Below, in pieces: positions 19,601 through 20,000 of a DNA stretch of 20,000 nucleotides. The DNA lies in IMG/VR virus record IMGVR_UViG_3300027156_000007, positions 57,403 through 77,402 of that record. One strand, 5' to 3'. The first letter of the stretch is position 1. The number at the start of each line of letters is the position of its first letter. A model generated the notes under the pieces. The model saw nothing but the letters and a program-made list of their open reading frames with translations, was not told the origin of the DNA and searched no databases. The translations under genes were made by a program, and so were the position numbers. The stretch comes from an uncultured virus (IMG/VR IMGVR_UViG_3300027156_000007). Lineage: Duplodnaviria; Heunggongvirae; Uroviricota; Caudoviricetes.

Positions 19601-20000
19601 AGTATTCATTATTCCGCCAATTGACTTTGGAGCAGCAACTACTCTACCGGGAGTATAACCACCTTGCATAGCTCCAACCATCTCTGCGGCTTGCTGTTTT
19701 GCTGGAATGTATCCTTCTGCGCTTCTTCTTCCAACAATAGTATTCTTTTCAGAAACTCTTAAGCCTGAAGCTAAAAATCTACCGCCTATATCAATAGAAG
19801 AATTTTTAATTTGTTCCGATAAAGCAGCTTGTTCTATAAGAGTTTGCTTTATTTGTTGTTCTACTTGCAAGCGAGTTCTAGATCCAGAGATAATGTCTTT
19901 AATTAGATCAGGATTATCAGAAAGAATTTTACCAATTTCTGATTGTAAAACAGCTTGTTGCCTTCCAAGAGTATTTAGCCCCAAAAGATTTTTAGTCGCA
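10640..20000 (-). CDS. Tape measure protein-like giant protein with internal cargo cassettes, 5'-truncated by the window (>3114 aa)
   Basis: The frame stays open past the TTG at 19984 to the window edge (A-T-K-N-L), so the true start is upstream. It has long Q/E/K/L-rich coiled-coil tracts, Gly/Ala hydrophobic segments (~15940-15995 and ~15260-15465), duplicated [FY]AxGG...D.[VI]PA...GGEYV domains, and a TMP-type C-terminus (VVNNISINV...KLAELLRSKVVEVLVEQKRPGGLL). Confidence 0.85.
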   Translation of the reverse strand, partial: ATKNLLGLNTLGRQQAVLQSEIGKILSDNPDLIKDIISGSRTRLQVEQQIKQTLIEQAALSEQIKNSSIDIGGRFLASGLRVSEKNTIVGRRSAEGYIPAKQQAAEMVGAMQGGYTPGRVVAAPKSIGGIMNTAETVKYIPGFAQPYILPPQGSRAAQDLASKSMAKNGINPYMATGFVPNFIPMPLENDAYGYGDDEWLRRASDRAVPLANIRLDPKYQAAFDPSRPKGERFYRKDGAPFTANDLNHFVRAGAKYGEIRAEMPASILMSDKRYGKRKPDGTIFGLDDIRATYAPGKKIEAEQKVKEGIKQVYDPYIPPASMLVFDAMQKSSERDVNEDDLEKTGEMSTKRKTSGRIFKIKSYALNASALNEEKTGLIQKTQDFSRKMTKDLANYIRPGEYSDTSVDNFFGAAGKNYNVLAGTIFEASTNLAANYTRDKANSGGDFDVRGGNIGNIRQLFPGFTDQYGDYKLKNNDEAIRSFIDKVTKQYGQQIGNHFKEQEIKAGSVTSGFKTSSFGFIPNFAPKPFNFRFSNLGEKTAQISPKLRDWLADKYFDPEMASTGTLERLASLNRDSGAFFSSLENPNAVAGIPVRGQQGFVSRQNRGARAGAFLNALRARLPDFIPGSLPNLASGFIPNFAYRINKPVYSKTSTRELTDPETGSYLRYYPGDFYNKETKSQERSLNVSYIRSKRTGQGQEMFDRFSKMARRQKLKGFSDLLVEQGDRVGKIIPKEKYGYLKEKLSADEIKNYSILEDTSFEDIVKMAYPQLAYRQRGLSKNTKLSLNYRDYAGFLKYEDLSGKDILSQVQNKLKDVYGNNKDTLIQEILHKNIGINDLQDTFSKGYVPNFSYAVSKPGFNRSASKRQIHDKKTGSYLEYTPGVVDSEKVLKFGFINSYEKGQGHEMFDRYGKIARRSGRRSYSSIILPQTNKIVPKEKYDLLNEYQKKNRHILEGLSLRDALKISYPQLMYRERGTSKESSLSFMKISTEKSPFEKETLTGKKIFSSVLDKLTGIYGSDVPEFVKDVEARKIYISELYDTFSKGHVPNFAYKLKKRKQYENDKKNNFRTLTDPETGSHLDYYPGNFVNPNTGSYEKGLKISYIESNQKGQGQEMFDRYSKTAKRLGVNSYSSVIVAQGDKLKRVIPQKQYALLRDKDKEKHYVLEETSIEDIVKIAYPQLSYRQKGLSKSTNLKFSNRNYVGRMEEEEIFGKNILSLVQGKIKDLYKNDKQSFIDAVIDGDLAIEALVDTFSKGHIPNFNAVQEAIGREMAAGYSSSQVKVGQSSKLKTSFNPMGLGVYNSTEGSLNGGIGLAEKAGIDPKTKGMSSKGHIPNFADFGGADAFILIAAFGTLSTALKEVSGNFQNLKTTSDNLKKSYESAAASFASEMGKAKQSLNRTLSSIESEVKSTFTNIDPKTLKQKGSSVAPLVMGPRVRDALGTYTSSPQAASSEQVARLEELRNQTVEARKQEAKRIREARAGLRQMQGQIAETETPFFSRGSFSSGGKADRYVRGMGTQIGLIGSVISNVAGQFISPENKTAKAAMAGVGEISSFAGLGAQFGVPGMVLGGIAGLGSALLKLKDAKAEEAIDKINKSLGETKEKSSEFSGAAQNYSTSLEGLQNALNDPKTKPEALLKFQNNLTEALNSIPEEFRSKVLAAGSDITKVSEAIGNINKEMANTQKNLERQLAITEFIEKQSSIFGRASLKPKDQEVFNRLFTSSIKSEELVKKFTGKNAKEDFGNFIDSLKSEAIYDKDIIGPYNSRLGTETLVNKESAENIKAQLRQKTIIPEEIINQLDKAFAELDGKALGSLLDSIKKAGISVFDFTEKTKILGEIAAENAKRIKENEESLKALNNQYNNINLQISNQIDIEKNRAQTIREINKIQAEGVVSIQRARVKGLLESATPFISESSKSDIQNQLDLNEITSRQNSKIQEASNKLLDSFSNTIIKKSEEARSKVVPAIEGAKSENAIQQERFVFQNQIQKLTPLITQSLKEITSGGNIGDIQANLIKSITGFSKFKPEERDVLIQSLEVSFAEFKNTLAEIKAQGDVDIQIQEAQREYQKQSLALNQRLSFAGGAQALSSTGKTGVSDLFDNISELVSELRQTNTIGNAAQKGSSAFKLLDVLTNQLQLNRNINAPNLPNNFIGPNISGEMFNKQVSSDLTPLAATAIAGRVQQIRDSLDLARKVTEIQIGKTAQGTALGTAFDQAKEGAVRTALDQIASQFKLENMGNYLDVLQQEARFLNQLTQDQNSILESTLPKSINDNFNTVITREVGTKLTTLTTSLQNVINKLATDTKRTNLLTERSNLLPVASVGTRKAIFDRIAQSQDLTDLPKGVKFIDDKERISSLKTEIKDLESYLESLKTVGQAQIQPITKELQRYQPQTDMDEILSGLQRYQTEEQAMQSTIQSAKISSEAEAKLTEAKSTLQKLSKYEGSDPKKLESLLESLKSELIRLNEPTKQDYLNTTYEGLAKQIFRDFNQQMSIEDIKSLKENARKERNLATEKPLMDVDAKVGTGSGQGSKTSTDGGVKRDIPSQLRLLRENSDRITSLLAFRLQNDKELIDLNEKVNALLKGDAVDTAKRAELIKLQTELRAKTLEQEGKVAEELYNLYYKESYGETFFKDERAAFANAKIENEARQGRVDIGAITEKNTTYNRADFARDTGQLIDTFQTDFKSGIASAFGEAIKGTKTLKDAFRDMFQGILNRMLDKSLEMGVDALFAFGKAATGRKDGGLIRGYNSGGMVVGGSGMKDDVPAMMSGGEYVIKKSSVKKYGSDYLRALNGGIVPKYATGGFSIGPLQNEFLYNDPDRPTSGEFAIDSRLSAAALTDENNPQNRLRQDRYEKLDQYLQDRSQYEKDKQQAIKNYKNQVNSTFYSGLTAAAVQLGAAGLTVGAANMRTNAATSAARGLEPGGNLTQAQLNAQYARNLRSNGGYIARFAGGGSTGKDNIPALLMGGEYVMNKKAVDMYGRDFMNQLNTGTLPKYASGGMVGTSYTAGQNVPESSVTELVAALNTLNENLSKGNDITQAESGKISAAGANQESGMSVVNNISINVAQSGEVTSEANATTQNGGSNTNKDQNSIQNNAKLAELLRSKVVEVLVEQKRPGGLLYASR
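11021..11800 (-). repeat. Two copies of a ~60-aa TMP C-terminal domain (GG..D.[VI]PA..[SM]GGEYV....V..YG...LN.G..PKYA.GG)
   Basis: Copy 1 (~11606-11800): DGGLIRGYNSGG...DDVPAMMSGGEYVIKKSSVKKYGSDYLRALNGGIVPKYATGG. Copy 2 (~11021-11194): NGGYIARFAGGG...DNIPALLMGGEYVMNKKAVDMYGRDFMNQLNTGTLPKYASGG. Confidence 0.9.
16001..19471 (-). repeat. Dispersed peptide motif G-[FYH]-[IV]-P-N-F, 7 copies, delimiting domains in the TMP
   Basis: GFVPNF 19454-19471, GFIPNF 18431-18448, GFIPNF 18083-18100, GYVPNF 17453-17470, GHVPNF 16856-16873, GHIPNF 16226-16243, GHIPNF 16001-16018. A degenerate EGYIP occurs at 19703-19717. Confidence 0.95.
16226..18100 (-). repeat. Three tandem diverged ~200-210 aa units, each with a GNAT-like motif A
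   Basis: Unit spacing is 630, 597 and 630 nt. Shared blocks: D..TGS.L.Y.PG; [SG][YF]I.S...GQG[QH]EMFDR[FY].K.A[RK]R; IP.EKY..L; LE..S..D..K..YPQL.YR.[RK]G.SK; GK.I.S.V..K[LI]...Y; DTFSKG..PNF. Confidence 0.93.

Larger units (their letters stand above)
1..20000. mobile_element. Tailed phage (or prophage) tail morphogenesis region, lambda-like tail tip module plus tape measure gene
   Basis: Consecutive K-like, I-like and J-like genes in lambda order plus a giant TMP-like ORF; coding density is near 100% and no host housekeeping genes are present. Free phage versus prophage cannot be decided from this window. Confidence 0.93.

Noticed and set aside
19982..19984. TTG as the true start of the giant ORF
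   Set aside because: The frame remains open to the window edge and no N-terminal TMP region is seen; the gene is truncated.
1..20000. Stop-codon reassignment (alternative genetic code)
   Set aside because: Genes tile the window fully under the standard code, and TAG and TAA stops abut the next starts.
10640..20000. Bacterial polymorphic toxin (CDI/Rhs/MARTX) instead of a TMP
   Set aside because: No filamentous haemagglutinin, YD or RTX repeats and no adjacent immunity gene; the C-terminal motifs and the tail-gene context fit a TMP. The analogy to multi-effector polyproteins is only conceptual.

Overview
AT-rich (roughly 30-33% GC by eye) tail morphogenesis region of a large tailed phage or prophage with a lambda-like tail tip. 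The + strand carries a tightly packed run of genes: a 5'-truncated NlpC/P60 gene missed by the ORF track, a gpK-like JAB+NlpC/P60 protein, gpI, a 2461-aa gpJ-like tail-tip protein and two putative structural or chaperone genes. These converge on a 5'-truncated, >3114-aa tape-measure-like protein (TMP) on the - strand. The most striking feature is inside the TMP. About 1150 aa are divided into cassettes by a recurring G-[FYH]-[IV]-P-N-F motif (7 clear copies). The cassettes hold a PD-(D/E)xK nuclease-like domain, an unknown domain and three tandem GNAT-like domains, and the array is bracketed by two related ~75-80 aa domains. I infer a modular effector-cargo array that may be delivered with the TMP and cut at the motifs. 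Other points: gpJ has a ~760-aa LamG-containing insertion at a site that is ~3 residues in lambda J; there are two tandem NlpC/P60 paralogs; and CCWGG appears to be avoided (all 17 Pro-Gly dipeptides are encoded CCS-GG). All family calls come from motif recognition by eye, not from database searches.
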